From contig JAZDNV010000004.1 in NCBI GenBank assembly GCA_043799385.1, positions 1-17,443 of the forward strand: a stretch of 17,443 bases of DNA, written 5' to 3'. This document shows, one piece after another, positions 1 to 8,346 of the stretch (its first letter is position 1; every line of letters begins with the position of its first letter). A program made the translations under genes and the position numbers. The notes beneath the pieces are model-generated. The model had not been told where the DNA came from. It was given only the letters and a program-made list of their open reading frames with translations, and ran no database searches. This stretch comes from Candidatus Aenigmatarchaeota archaeon (lineage in GTDB: Archaea; Aenigmatarchaeota; Aenigmatarchaeia; GW2011-AR5).

Positions 1-80
1 GGCACAACAAGCCTGAAAACGCCGGCTAATACAAATAATGCGCCTATCACTTCCCAAAACGTCCATTGAATTATTCCCAT
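1..80 (-). CDS. 5' part of a membrane protein running off the window edge (possibly DoxX-like)
   Basis: ATG at 80 preceded by AGGTGA SD (85-90). Translates MGIIQWTFWEVIGALFVLAGVFRLVV..., which is hydrophobic and open to the window edge. Confidence 0.6.
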   Translation of the reverse strand, partial: MGIIQWTFWEVIGALFVLAGVFRLVV

Positions 81-112
81 ACAATCACCTATATTTTCTT
101 AATTATATTGAC

Positions 113-2686
113 TTATTTTCCATAGCAATCTGGACAATCGCTGCATTCGCCGCTATCGCATATTCCATTGTTCAAGCAGCCGGCGCACGGACCTTTACCG
201 CCTGCTGAACCGCCGCCACTGCTGGAGGATGTTGGCGTTGTCTGTATAGGCTGTTGCTGTTCTGTCGGCGTCATTGGTTTCTGGGATGGCAATTGCTCGC
301 CTGTACCGCCTGGACCAATATCCATCAATTTCACAAGGTTTCCTTCACACTTTTCTTTCAGTTTGTCTTTGTCCAGCATCATTGCTCCAACCGCATAATC
401 AGAAAACTTGCATTTCATCTCATACGGCGGGTTAACGCCTGGAACGAATCCTGCAGGAGGACCCTGTTCTGTCGGCATCGTAATCTTTACAATGCAATTA
501 TCGCCTTCCAGTCCAACTATTACTATATCAGGCTCGCCTTCTGACGGTTCTCCGTTCGGCCCTTTAGTCGGCGTGAATTTTACCGGCTTGCACACGCGGA
601 AGGCCTTGTCAAAACAATGATCATCGCTGCCGCAGTCACCCTCGGATTTTGAGACTATTTCTTTAATCTCATCGCTGCTGCTCAGCATAACGTAAACGAT
701 ATCCTTTAACGTCACGTCTTTTATGTATCTTATATCATGCTTTACCTGCATTATGTCATCTAACGTCAGGGTCTTCAGTTTTTCGCTTAATTTCTTCTTT
801 ATTTCGTCTACTTTCTGCTTCGCTGCATCGAACATGCTGGAGACGCGCTTGAATCGCTCGTTCTCGTTCGAGCCTGTGGATTCATAATACTTTGCAATGT
901 CGTCTGTCTGTTTTGCGAGCTTGTCCAGCTCGATTTTCAATCCCTCAAGCTTGAATGCAATGCCAAGCAATTCAGTGGCATCAGGCATCTCCTCTATCGA
1001 CTCAACATAAACGTCACGCTCGTCGCCGCGCATGATGCAATCGGATAATGAAACGCAGCCGTTGTAATCCCTTTTTACAACAAGCTCTCCGCCGTTATTC
1101 TTACATTTTTCGAAAGCCTCTTTCGGGACTTCTCTCTGGCAGTCGTTTGTTTCGCCGCACCTGATCATCTGGCAGCCGTTCTGGTCGAATTCCTTTATAA
1201 CATTAAGACCCGTGTCCGCACATTCGTTTTCTATCCTCTCGCGTTCAGGACCAGGAACAAGACCGCACCCTTGCTCGCGCCTTTCTTCGCACTTAACGAT
1301 TTTGCAGCCTTTGTCGAATGTGTACAAAGGCTCGACACCCGTTGACCTGCATTTTTCAGCAGTATCCTCTACCTGCTGAGGCGAAGGGCAATAAATAGGG
1401 TTTATTGATGCAGACGTTGTTGATATTGCTGTCGAACCAAAGTTGCACTCAATGTATTTGCATCCGCGTTCATCTATTTTTTCAAATATGTTGCCGTCGT
1501 TGTTCATGCACTTTTCTTTGGCATATCTCATATCCTCGTTTATTTTCTCCTGGTCGACTGGGCAGATTTTGTTGCAAACCATACGAACAAAACCAGAATA
1601 ACTGTCAACTTCCTGTCTGCAGTTCTGCGGCACGCTGGTCGTTGATATGGGGCACGGGTCGCATTTGCAGAAATTATCCCTCGTGTAGCATGAAACGAAC
1701 GTTCCGTCAGGACAATTCTGGCCAGACGGGCATTGCATAACCGGGCCGCAATCCTTGTCCTGATTAGAACAACCAGGAGGGCAGCAACCGTCACCGGATA
1801 AACATACGACAACGCTATTACAATTAAACACACTGCCGATACAATCCTTATCGCAATTCTGCTGGTTTTCTTTGCCGTTGCAGATTCCGTCGCCGCAGCA
1901 CGTGGAAGGCATCGAGCAGCCGCGGTTATCTTTACCACTCATCACAGTGTAACCGTTCTTGCATTCAGGTTCGTTGTAAACAGGGCACGTGTTTGTCGTG
2001 GTTGAACAAGGCCCGCAATCATCATGACAGTTATCACATGATTCGCCTACCTCACAAATGCCGTTTCTGCATTGAGCTCCTATGACAGGGCAGGAATCAA
2101 CCCTCTTGAAACCAGGCGGCAGACATGAGTTTGCAAATGTTTTGCAATGACCAGCATCATCGACACCGTACGTTATTACCTGGGCACAAACCTCCTGTGT
2201 TATCTGATGCCCGGTGCAGTCAGGACTACACGTTCCACATAAGCCAGTAGCAGGGTCACAAGTTGGCGTACATGAGGGTGGAATAAACCCATCAGGGCAC
2301 GTTGATGTTATAGCATTGCACGGTGCGGTGCATTTGTTTGTTGACTGATGTGCAGAGCAATCTGGTGAGCATACAATGCATGTTCCTGTGGCAAGCTCGC
2401 AACCAGGATTGCATGATGCAGCAAAACCGTCAGGACATGTCAATGTTACCGCATTGCAAGTAACACCAGCACATAAGTTTTGATGTCCGCTGCAATCCGG
2501 ATTGCACGTACCGCAACCGCTAACTGGGTCGCATGACGGCGTGCAGGACGCAACATAACTATCAGGACACGTCAGCGTTGCAGGCGAACACGGATTTGCG
2601 CACAGATTTGTCTGGTTCTCCTGCGCGAATGCTAATGAGGATAAGAAAATAAGCAAAACCGCATACAAAATGTATCTCTTTTTCAT
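113..2686 (-). CDS. Large secreted cysteine-rich repeat protein with a helical/coiled-coil central domain (857 aa)
   Basis: Signal peptide (MKKR, hydrophobic core, AFA cleavage site), very high Cys content, several repeat types, CGDGIC...NC..DC motifs, and a Q/T/S/G linker before a C-terminal Cys motif. Confidence 0.9.
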   Translation of the reverse strand: MKKRYILYAVLLIFLSSLAFAQENQTNLCANPCSPATLTCPDSYVASCTPSCDPVSGCGTCNPDCSGHQNLCAGVTCNAVTLTCPDGFAASCNPGCELATGTCIVCSPDCSAHQSTNKCTAPCNAITSTCPDGFIPPSCTPTCDPATGLCGTCSPDCTGHQITQEVCAQVITYGVDDAGHCKTFANSCLPPGFKRVDSCPVIGAQCRNGICEVGESCDNCHDDCGPCSTTTNTCPVYNEPECKNGYTVMSGKDNRGCSMPSTCCGDGICNGKENQQNCDKDCIGSVFNCNSVVVCLSGDGCCPPGCSNQDKDCGPVMQCPSGQNCPDGTFVSCYTRDNFCKCDPCPISTTSVPQNCRQEVDSYSGFVRMVCNKICPVDQEKINEDMRYAKEKCMNNDGNIFEKIDERGCKYIECNFGSTAISTTSASINPIYCPSPQQVEDTAEKCRSTGVEPLYTFDKGCKIVKCEERREQGCGLVPGPERERIENECADTGLNVIKEFDQNGCQMIRCGETNDCQREVPKEAFEKCKNNGGELVVKRDYNGCVSLSDCIMRGDERDVYVESIEEMPDATELLGIAFKLEGLKIELDKLAKQTDDIAKYYESTGSNENERFKRVSSMFDAAKQKVDEIKKKLSEKLKTLTLDDIMQVKHDIRYIKDVTLKDIVYVMLSSSDEIKEIVSKSEGDCGSDDHCFDKAFRVCKPVKFTPTKGPNGEPSEGEPDIVIVGLEGDNCIVKITMPTEQGPPAGFVPGVNPPYEMKCKFSDYAVGAMMLDKDKLKEKCEGNLVKLMDIGPGGTGEQLPSQKPMTPTEQQQPIQTTPTSSSSGGGSAGGKGPCAGCLNNGICDSGECSDCPDCYGK
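1037..1564 (-). repeat. Four degenerate Cys modules (EKCxxxG...DxxGCxxxxC)
   Basis: EKCMNNDG..DERGCKYIEC, EKCRSTG..DKGCKIVKC, NECADTG..DQNGCQMIRC, EKCKNNGG..DYNGCVSLSDC. Confidence 0.75.
2204..2608 (-). repeat. Three tandem ~43-45 aa Cys-rich repeats (NxC...TCPDG...SCxPxC...CxPDCSGHQ)
   Basis: Visible in the translation at aa 27-69, 70-114 and 117-161, with 8 Cys each. Confidence 0.85.
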
Positions 2687-2793
2687 CCGATAGCCCTGAC
2701 CACTGATAGTAAACTAATGGTTTTGGTCGGTATATAAAAGTAACGGTAATTTTGGCGTAATGCAATGAATAGAAAAAATAAGCAAGAAGTAGA

Positions 2794-3315
2794 CTATTCT
2801 TCTTCCACTTTATGCTGTTCAATCTTCTGGGCTTCCTCGGGCTTCTTTTCGCCCTTCGTGGCTTTTTCCTCCTCTTCCTTCTTCGCGGCTTTTGGCCCCA
2901 GTCGCTCCATCAGTTTCTCTTTCATACCCTTCCTTTCCTTTGCTGGTTGCGCTTTGAATTCAGCATAAGAATGGCCGAACAGCTCGGCTTTTGCAGTCGT
3001 GCCATCTTTTATGACTGTGACGCGAACTCGACGTGGCGGGTGGGTTATTCCGCGCTTCCATATCTCATCATTTAGATTTTTTCCTAATTTTACTTCCTCA
3101 ACCTTCGCATGCCTTTTCAAGTAATCTTGAATTAAACGAATAGAATAAGGAACGCGTTTTTTCTCCGCTTTCCTGAATGCCTTTCTCAGCGGAATAGTGA
3201 ATATTTTTTCTTCACTTTTCTTCACAATTTCATGTTTATGTTCTTCTTTCCTTTCTTCAATCTTATGCTCGTGCATCTTCTCCGTTTTCACGTCTTCCTT
3301 CTTTTCATCTGCCAT
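2794..3315 (-). CDS. rpl31e: 50S ribosomal protein L31e with charged N- and C-terminal extensions
   Basis: IFTIPLR...LGKNLNDEIWKRGITHPPRRVRV matches L31e. Start moved to ATG 3315, just after the rpl39e stop. Conserved synteny. Confidence 0.95.
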   Translation of the reverse strand: MADEKKEDVKTEKMHEHKIEERKEEHKHEIVKKSEEKIFTIPLRKAFRKAEKKRVPYSIRLIQDYLKRHAKVEEVKLGKNLNDEIWKRGITHPPRRVRVTVIKDGTTAKAELFGHSYAEFKAQPAKERKGMKEKLMERLGPKAAKKEEEEKATKGEKKPEEAQKIEQHKVEEE

Positions 3316-3320
3316 AAAAA

Positions 3321-3485
3321 TCATACCTTTATTCTTCCGCGTCTCCAATGCTTTTTGCTAACCCTGATTCTTCGCGTTCTGGCGCGCTTCAACGAGTATT
3401 TTTTTATGTCCGCCCATCGCGGCGCATTCTGCTTCTTTGCTGCAATGAGTTTTATCTTTTTGCCGAACGTCTTATTCTTTGACAT
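3321..3485 (-). CDS. rpl39e: 50S ribosomal protein L39e (not in the ORF track)
   Basis: Manual translation MSKNKTFGKKIKLIAAKKQNAPRWADIKKYSLKRARTRRIRVSKKHWRRGRIKV*. Has KQN..P.W and HWRR motifs and the canonical position before rpl31e. Confidence 0.93.
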   Translation of the reverse strand: MSKNKTFGKKIKLIAAKKQNAPRWADIKKYSLKRARTRRIRVSKKHWRRGRIKV

Positions 3486-3489
3486 ATCA

Positions 3490-3792
3490 TCACTTTCTTC
3501 TTATTCTAATTTCCCTTTTCTCGCTCATCTTCTTCAATATCGCAACCAGCTGCTCGTCTGTTATCTTCGTCCGCAATTGCCCTGCCTGGTACATCTGAGC
3601 CAGATAGACCTCGAGCTGGAAGGCGAGATCAGGCTTAACGACCTTCAGATTAGAGAGCCGCTCCCTTGCTTTTGTATCAAGTATCTGCATCCTTACGACT
3701 TTCAATACCTCTTCCATCTGTTTTTGCTGCTGATGGAGCATCATTTGTTCCTGCATCCTCCTTTTCAGCAATTCATCATCATCCATAAGCAT
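3490..3792 (-). CDS. PDCD5/TFAR19-like DNA-binding protein
   Basis: QILDTKARERLSNLKVVKPD...KITDEQLVAIL...IRIRRK signature. Canonical position after rps19e. Alternative start at 3786. Confidence 0.93.
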   Translation of the reverse strand: MLMDDDELLKRRMQEQMMLHQQQKQMEEVLKVVRMQILDTKARERLSNLKVVKPDLAFQLEVYLAQMYQAGQLRTKITDEQLVAILKKMSEKREIRIRRK

Positions 3793-4193
3793 TACTTTTT
3801 TGCGGCTTGGTTCAGAAACTTGATGCCCTCCTTTGTTATTTTCCTCCCTTTCTTCGGTTTGTCGACCTTCTCCACAAAATTCAGTTTTTCCAGGTCTTTT
3901 AAAATGGTGCGTATTATCTTTCCGCCCGCCTTTGCGAAATGCGCCTGCTTGTGGCCGCGGCGATGCAACCCGCCATAGTAGCTCTTCAGTCTTTCAACGC
4001 CGACTGGACCATCTAGATATATCCGACGAAGTATACTGGCTGCGCGAATGAACCACCAGTCGCTCTGCTCGGGTGGCCGTTCCCTGTTTACGCCAGTTTT
4101 GACGTATACCGCCCATGCGGGCATCTGCATCTTTTCCTTAAGGCTTTCAGCAGCCTTTTTTATCAATTTATCTGCCTCTATATCGTGAATCAT
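3792..4193 (-). CDS. rps19e: 30S ribosomal protein S19e
   Basis: PAWAVYVKTG..RERPP..DWWFIRAASILRRIY..GPVGVERL...YGG motif. Confidence 0.98.
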   Translation of the reverse strand: MIHDIEADKLIKKAAESLKEKMQMPAWAVYVKTGVNRERPPEQSDWWFIRAASILRRIYLDGPVGVERLKSYYGGLHRRGHKQAHFAKAGGKIIRTILKDLEKLNFVEKVDKPKKGRKITKEGIKFLNQAAKK

Positions 4194-4202
4194 ATCAGCA
4201 AC

Positions 4203-4511
4203 CTATTTTTTCTTAATGTTTTTATATGGATAGTGAATTGTTTTATCGCAGGAAAAGCATTTAATACTTACCTTGCCCTTGTTTAGTCTCTGACGACAAC
4301 TGACACCTGGCAAAAAGTAATTGTAGCAGTATTTGCAGAAGCGCCGTTTCAGTCGCCCGAGCCTTATATTATAGCGCATGCCAATCTTTTTCGCCAGACG
4401 CGTGTAGCGTTTTGCCAGTTCCGGGTCTTCTTTAACCGTCTTCTGTGCCTCGTTGAACAATATCGCTATGCGCTCTTTCGCAATCTTCAATTGCTCGACT
4501 GGTTTCTCCAT
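4203..4511 (-). CDS. rnp4: Ribonuclease P protein component 4 (Rpp21/Rpr2)
   Basis: IAKERIAILF...LAKRY..LAKKI...KRRFCKYC...C..C...YPY. Canonical position upstream of rps19e. Confidence 0.95.
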   Translation of the reverse strand: MEKPVEQLKIAKERIAILFNEAQKTVKEDPELAKRYTRLAKKIGMRYNIRLGRLKRRFCKYCYNYFLPGVSCRQRLNKGKVSIKCFSCDKTIHYPYKNIKKK

Positions 4512-4550
4512 AGGATTAGATGCAGAGCGAGATTTATAAATATTAAGGCA

Positions 4551-4811
4551 TTACCATCTGTAAGAAGTTGTCAGTTTGGCTTCTGATTGCTCCGCTATTT
4601 TTATGGCACGCTGAAGTGTCTCGTATGCTTTGCTCTCTCTTCCAGAAGGAGGGAAAGATTTTTCCTGGCCTCTCAGAGTATTGATATGGTCCGGTTTTAT
4701 CATATGATGTCCTTGGCATATCTTCTGAGCCAGGCTAGTGCCTCTTCTCCTGTCAGAATCATGCGAATAATACGGACGATGCGAATCATACGAACGATAC
4801 GAACCATACAT
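4551..4811 (-). CDS. Hypothetical protein (86 aa) with an S/Y/R/H/D low-complexity N-terminus
   Basis: Fills the gap between neuC and rpp21. A TATA-like TTTAAAT lies upstream. No recognised family. Confidence 0.55.
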   Translation of the reverse strand: MYGSYRSYDSHRPYYSHDSDRRRGTSLAQKICQGHHMIKPDHINTLRGQEKSFPPSGRESKAYETLQRAIKIAEQSEAKLTTSYRW

Positions 4812-4860
4812 AATGCTATCACTCGGTTCAACTATTTCAAAAAAATATTTAAATGCAAAA

Positions 4861-6000
4861 TCAGTACGTTATCTTCTTCTGGATTAGTTCAGGAGTAATC
4901 TTGACGCTCTTCAAGACCTTTATCACGCGTTGCGCAGAGCGGCCGTCGCCATAAGGGCTCTTGCATCTCCTGACCTTGGCCAAGAACTTCTCGTTATACA
5001 ATGCCTTCTTTATTGCAGATTTTATCTTTTCTTTATTGTGGTCGACGTCGATAACATTTTCAGGTCGGAGACGTCCCTGCTGTCGCGACCCGATGTTAAC
5101 AGTCGGAACGTGCAGGAAGCATGTTTCATGAATACCAGAAGATGAATTACCGACCAATGCAGACGAATATTTCAAGAGATTTGCATAATCCTCAAGGTCG
5201 AGGAACGGCACGTATTTTATGGTTGAGTTTTCTATCTCCTTTAGTATTTTTTTATTTCCGGCATCGGTATTGGGATAGATGAACAACGACTGAACGCCCA
5301 ACGATTTCACCGCCTTTATCGTCTCCAGTATTTGCCGGGTTGCTTTTTCAACTTCAGTCGTGATAGGATGCTGTATAATAATTACATATGGCCTCGACGG
5401 GTCAAGACCGTATCTTTTCGTTATCGTTTCTTTGCTGATTTTCTTAGCATTTCGTATCACGTCAAGCGATGTGCAGCCGACGTTGAAAACGTATTTCGGG
5501 TTCTCGCCCATCCTTATCAAACGCTTCACCGCATCGTCATTAGAAGCAAGGTGAACGTGAGCGAATTTTGTCGTTGCATGGCGCAACGATTCATCGATGC
5601 TTCCGGTGACTTCGCCGCCCTGTAAGTGAAATACAGGTATGTTCATGTGGCTGCCAGTTATTGCAATAGCAAGGTTTGGACCTAAATCAAAACCAGCCAG
5701 AACTATATCCGGTTTTTCTTTTTCAAGTATCGTTGGCAAATCGACAAGAATACGGCCGATGCCGCGCACCATCTCGGCGCCAGTATCGTCGAAATCCTCA
5801 TCAAAGATTGGTATTTCCGCTGCGACCTTGAAGCCGTCTTTTTTTATCACATCTATCGTATGGCCGTATTTCTTCATCAGGTGTGCGCCAGTCACGACCA
5901 ACGTGTAATCCAGTTCAGTATCTTTTTTTATCAGGTCGAGTATCGGCTTGAATCTGCTATAATCCGCTCTTCGCTCGGTTATGAATGCAATCTTTCTCAT
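4861..6000 (-). CDS. neuC: UDP-N-acetylglucosamine 2-epimerase (hydrolysing, NeuC type)
   Basis: RADY, VTGAHL, HLQGGEVTGSIDESLRHA, YPNTDAG, GNSSSGIHE, NIGSRQQGR, PYGDG motifs. Adjacent to neuB. Confidence 0.95.
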   Translation of the reverse strand: MRKIAFITERRADYSRFKPILDLIKKDTELDYTLVVTGAHLMKKYGHTIDVIKKDGFKVAAEIPIFDEDFDDTGAEMVRGIGRILVDLPTILEKEKPDIVLAGFDLGPNLAIAITGSHMNIPVFHLQGGEVTGSIDESLRHATTKFAHVHLASNDDAVKRLIRMGENPKYVFNVGCTSLDVIRNAKKISKETITKRYGLDPSRPYVIIIQHPITTEVEKATRQILETIKAVKSLGVQSLFIYPNTDAGNKKILKEIENSTIKYVPFLDLEDYANLLKYSSALVGNSSSGIHETCFLHVPTVNIGSRQQGRLRPENVIDVDHNKEKIKSAIKKALYNEKFLAKVRRCKSPYGDGRSAQRVIKVLKSVKITPELIQKKITY

Positions 6001-6016
6001 AATACCACAATTATAA

Positions 6017-7045
6017 TCACTCGATATGGCTCCACTTCAGCTGAGAATCATATTTTATATCATGCTTTGCCTTTTTTCCCAAAACGCGATGCAGGTCTTT
6101 TGCATGAATCTCGCCAGTGCCAGGACGCTTAACCCAGACGTTCTCCTCTGTCAGTATTTCGCCTGCTTTTATATCTCGAATCGCAACGACGCAGTGGCGG
6201 GCGAATTCAACGACAGGCAACTCGTCTTCGATTATCTTCTTTTCCGAGCCCAGAGCCTGATGGATTGCTTTAGAGCCAACGACCAATTCCTTTAACTCAT
6301 CTGGCTCTATCGATAACTTTTGGTCAGGACCAGGCCAATTCCTGTCAAGAGTAAAATGTTTTTCCACCAAGCAAGCGCCTAGCGCGACTGCGCCTAGCGC
6401 GGTATAAATCCCGAAAGAATGGTCGGACAAGCCGACAGGAACGTTAAATTCGTCTCTTAGCACTTTCATTGCACCCAGTTTCACATCGCTATGTTTAGAC
6501 GGATAGGTAGATGTGCACTGGAGTAGAATAAACGGCACGTTAAATTTTTTTATCGCATCGACGCTTCGCATGACTTCCTCTAATTCGCTCATTCCAGTCG
6601 ATATTATCATCGGTTTCCCTTTTTCTGCAATGTGCTCCAGAAACGGAATATTCGTCAGTTCACCTGAGCCTATCTTGAATGCAGGAACGTTTATGCTATC
6701 AAGGAAATCCGATGCTTCAATTGAAAACGGCGTTGACAAAAACATTATGCCGCGCTTTTCGCACCGCTTCTGCAATTCCTTGTGCTCGTCTTCGCTGAGC
6801 TCGCAGCGCTTGATTATGTCGAATAAGCGCTCGTCCGATATCTTGCCAGGCTTCATGTCAGTGTGAATCATCTCCTTCTCGGTGAAGTGCGTCTGGAATT
6901 TGATTGCCTCAGCGCCCGCATTAGCTGCTGCATCGACAAGCAATAGCGCTTTCTCTATATCGCCCTCGTGGTTTATCCCGACATCAGGCAGGATTAGCGG
7001 CAGCTCGTCATCACCAATAAAACGATGCGCGATTTTTATCTTCAT
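6017..7045 (-). CDS. neuB: N-acetylneuraminate/nonulosonate synthase with C-terminal SAF domain
   Basis: GINHEGD, IKFQT, FLSTPF, FKIGSGE, IISTGM, CTSTYP, GLSDH, VEKHFTLD, GPDQ, KRPGTG motifs. Confidence 0.96.
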   Translation of the reverse strand: MKIKIAHRFIGDDELPLILPDVGINHEGDIEKALLLVDAAANAGAEAIKFQTHFTEKEMIHTDMKPGKISDERLFDIIKRCELSEDEHKELQKRCEKRGIMFLSTPFSIEASDFLDSINVPAFKIGSGELTNIPFLEHIAEKGKPMIISTGMSELEEVMRSVDAIKKFNVPFILLQCTSTYPSKHSDVKLGAMKVLRDEFNVPVGLSDHSFGIYTALGAVALGACLVEKHFTLDRNWPGPDQKLSIEPDELKELVVGSKAIHQALGSEKKIIEDELPVVEFARHCVVAIRDIKAGEILTEENVWVKRPGTGEIHAKDLHRVLGKKAKHDIKYDSQLKWSHIE

Positions 7046-7088
7046 AATCCAAAGTATTTATGAAAAGATTTAAATCTGGAACAAGGAT

Positions 7089-7192
7089 GATTCGGCTTTG
7101 TTTAAAAAATGATGGACATCTGTCTGATATCCATCGATTCAGGCTATCATCTGCTTCTAGCGATGATAGCCTAGTTTTTAAACAAAGCAATC
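7089..7192. ncRNA. Candidate ~100-nt three-way-junction structured element (small RNA, leader or MITE-like DNA)
   Basis: Perfect 14-bp inverted repeat GCTTTGTTTAAAAA (7095-7108)/TTTTTAAACAAAGC (7175-7188) enclosing hairpins 7111-7135 and 7141-7172 (11-bp perfect stem). Confidence 0.6.
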
Positions 7193-7233
7193 TGATTCAA
7201 AACATTTATATATTTTCAAGGAATAGCAGAAGC

Positions 7234-7695
7234 ATGTTCGTCGCAAGAATGAGTTTTCCGAACAGAGAACCGCCTGTAAGAGCTTATGTGCACAAGGCAG
7301 GCTTAGCCGCGTATGGCGATTATCCAATTGAAGGAGCAAAGAGATATCTGCTTGAGGTTCTGGACAATTACCAAAAAGAGTGTGCTCACTACAATCTTAT
7401 TCTGGCAGCGCTGTGGGGAGACAACGGCTCAAGAATGATAGACTTCTTCGGTTTCAGCAACATAGGAAAAAGATGGGACAAAAATCCTGATATCTCCGCG
7501 TGGGTAATCAAAGACGGATTGCACATTCCTAAAAAAGAGATAACGTGCGGCGATACGCTAATCGCGCTGGGCAGAGAAGAGGAGTGCAGGCGATTTTCAA
7601 GTAATGCTTTGGATTACATGAGGTATCATCATGATTTGGGCGAATTGGAACCGAAAATAAGCGAACTGTCGTGGGAAGGAAACAGCAAAAAATAG
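7234..7695 (+). CDS. Hypothetical protein (~153 aa)
   Basis: The ORF track starts at 7060, but that 5' part crosses the structured element. TATA ATTTATATA at 7204-7212 fits a leaderless start at ATG 7234. Confidence 0.7.
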   Translation: MFVARMSFPNREPPVRAYVHKAGLAAYGDYPIEGAKRYLLEVLDNYQKECAHYNLILAALWGDNGSRMIDFFGFSNIGKRWDKNPDISAWVIKDGLHIPKKEITCGDTLIALGREEECRRFSSNALDYMRYHHDLGELEPKISELSWEGNSKK

Positions 7696-7731
7696 GTTTA
7701 AATGAATTTCTGGGCATGTTGAATTGATAGA

Positions 7732-8277
7732 ATGAACAAGTTCTGGCCGCCCGTACTTGCAACAGCATTAATAATGATAGTCGTCTTTGTGAGCGGCTGC
7801 ACGCAGTCGACGCAATCGCCTCAGACGAAAACATGCCCAAACGGTGCGGTTATCAATTCAAATGAAAACTGCCCAACTTACTGGTGCGGAGACAAATCAT
7901 GCCTGCCAGGCTCCTATAACGGCTATACTGAAAACTGCACGACCTGCCCAAGCGACTGCGGGGAGTGCCCTTCAGCAACGACAAGCAGGTTCAATGTCGC
8001 AAAGGTAAGCTGTGACGATGTGCTATCGCAACTTAAACTTACAATAAAAAATATCTACAACGAAAGCGTAAATGTGCAGGAGGTTTCTGTCAATCTGGTG
8101 AAAGATGAAGTATCAACAACGAAGAAGCAGAACCCAAACAAGATTTTTGCGCCAGGAGAAGAATTATCGTTCATCTTCCCGACGCTGTGCAACATAGATT
8201 ACTTCCAGATTGAAGTTACTTACGTGGATTCAAAAGGGACTCACAAAGACTATGGGAACAGGTACGAGATACCATAA
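7732..8277 (+). CDS. Putative lipoprotein with a Cys-rich module and C-terminal Ig-like/beta domain
   Basis: Hydrophobic signal ending in lipobox VSGC. CGDKSC...ENCTTCPSDCGEC motif. LTIKN...APGE pattern is typical of CARDB/pilin-like folds. Confidence 0.85.
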   Translation: MNKFWPPVLATALIMIVVFVSGCTQSTQSPQTKTCPNGAVINSNENCPTYWCGDKSCLPGSYNGYTENCTTCPSDCGECPSATTSRFNVAKVSCDDVLSQLKLTIKNIYNESVNVQEVSVNLVKDEVSTTKKQNPNKIFAPGEELSFIFPTLCNIDYFQIEVTYVDSKGTHKDYGNRYEIP

Positions 8278-8346
8278 ATTAACATTCAGGCCCTGTATTC
8301 CACTACCGAGCCATTTTCGAATATTATTCTCTTAGGCATGATATAA

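Noticed and set aside
1..15. GGCACAACAAGCCTG matches 16015-16029 at 14/15 positions
   Set aside because: The first copy lies inside a CDS at the window edge and no integrase is present. Probably chance rather than an att repeat.
3232..3978. 248-aa + strand ORF and the other antisense ORFs over recognised genes
   Set aside because: Shadow frames opposite well-conserved genes, with unnatural F/L/H/S composition.
6376..6402. GCGCCTAGCGCG repeated twice
   Set aside because: Encodes ALGA-V-ALGA within NeuB. An ordinary coding repeat.
7060..7233. N-terminal extension of the 211-aa ORF
   Set aside because: Crosses promoter elements and the inverted-repeat structure. ATG 7234 fits the TATA spacing better.
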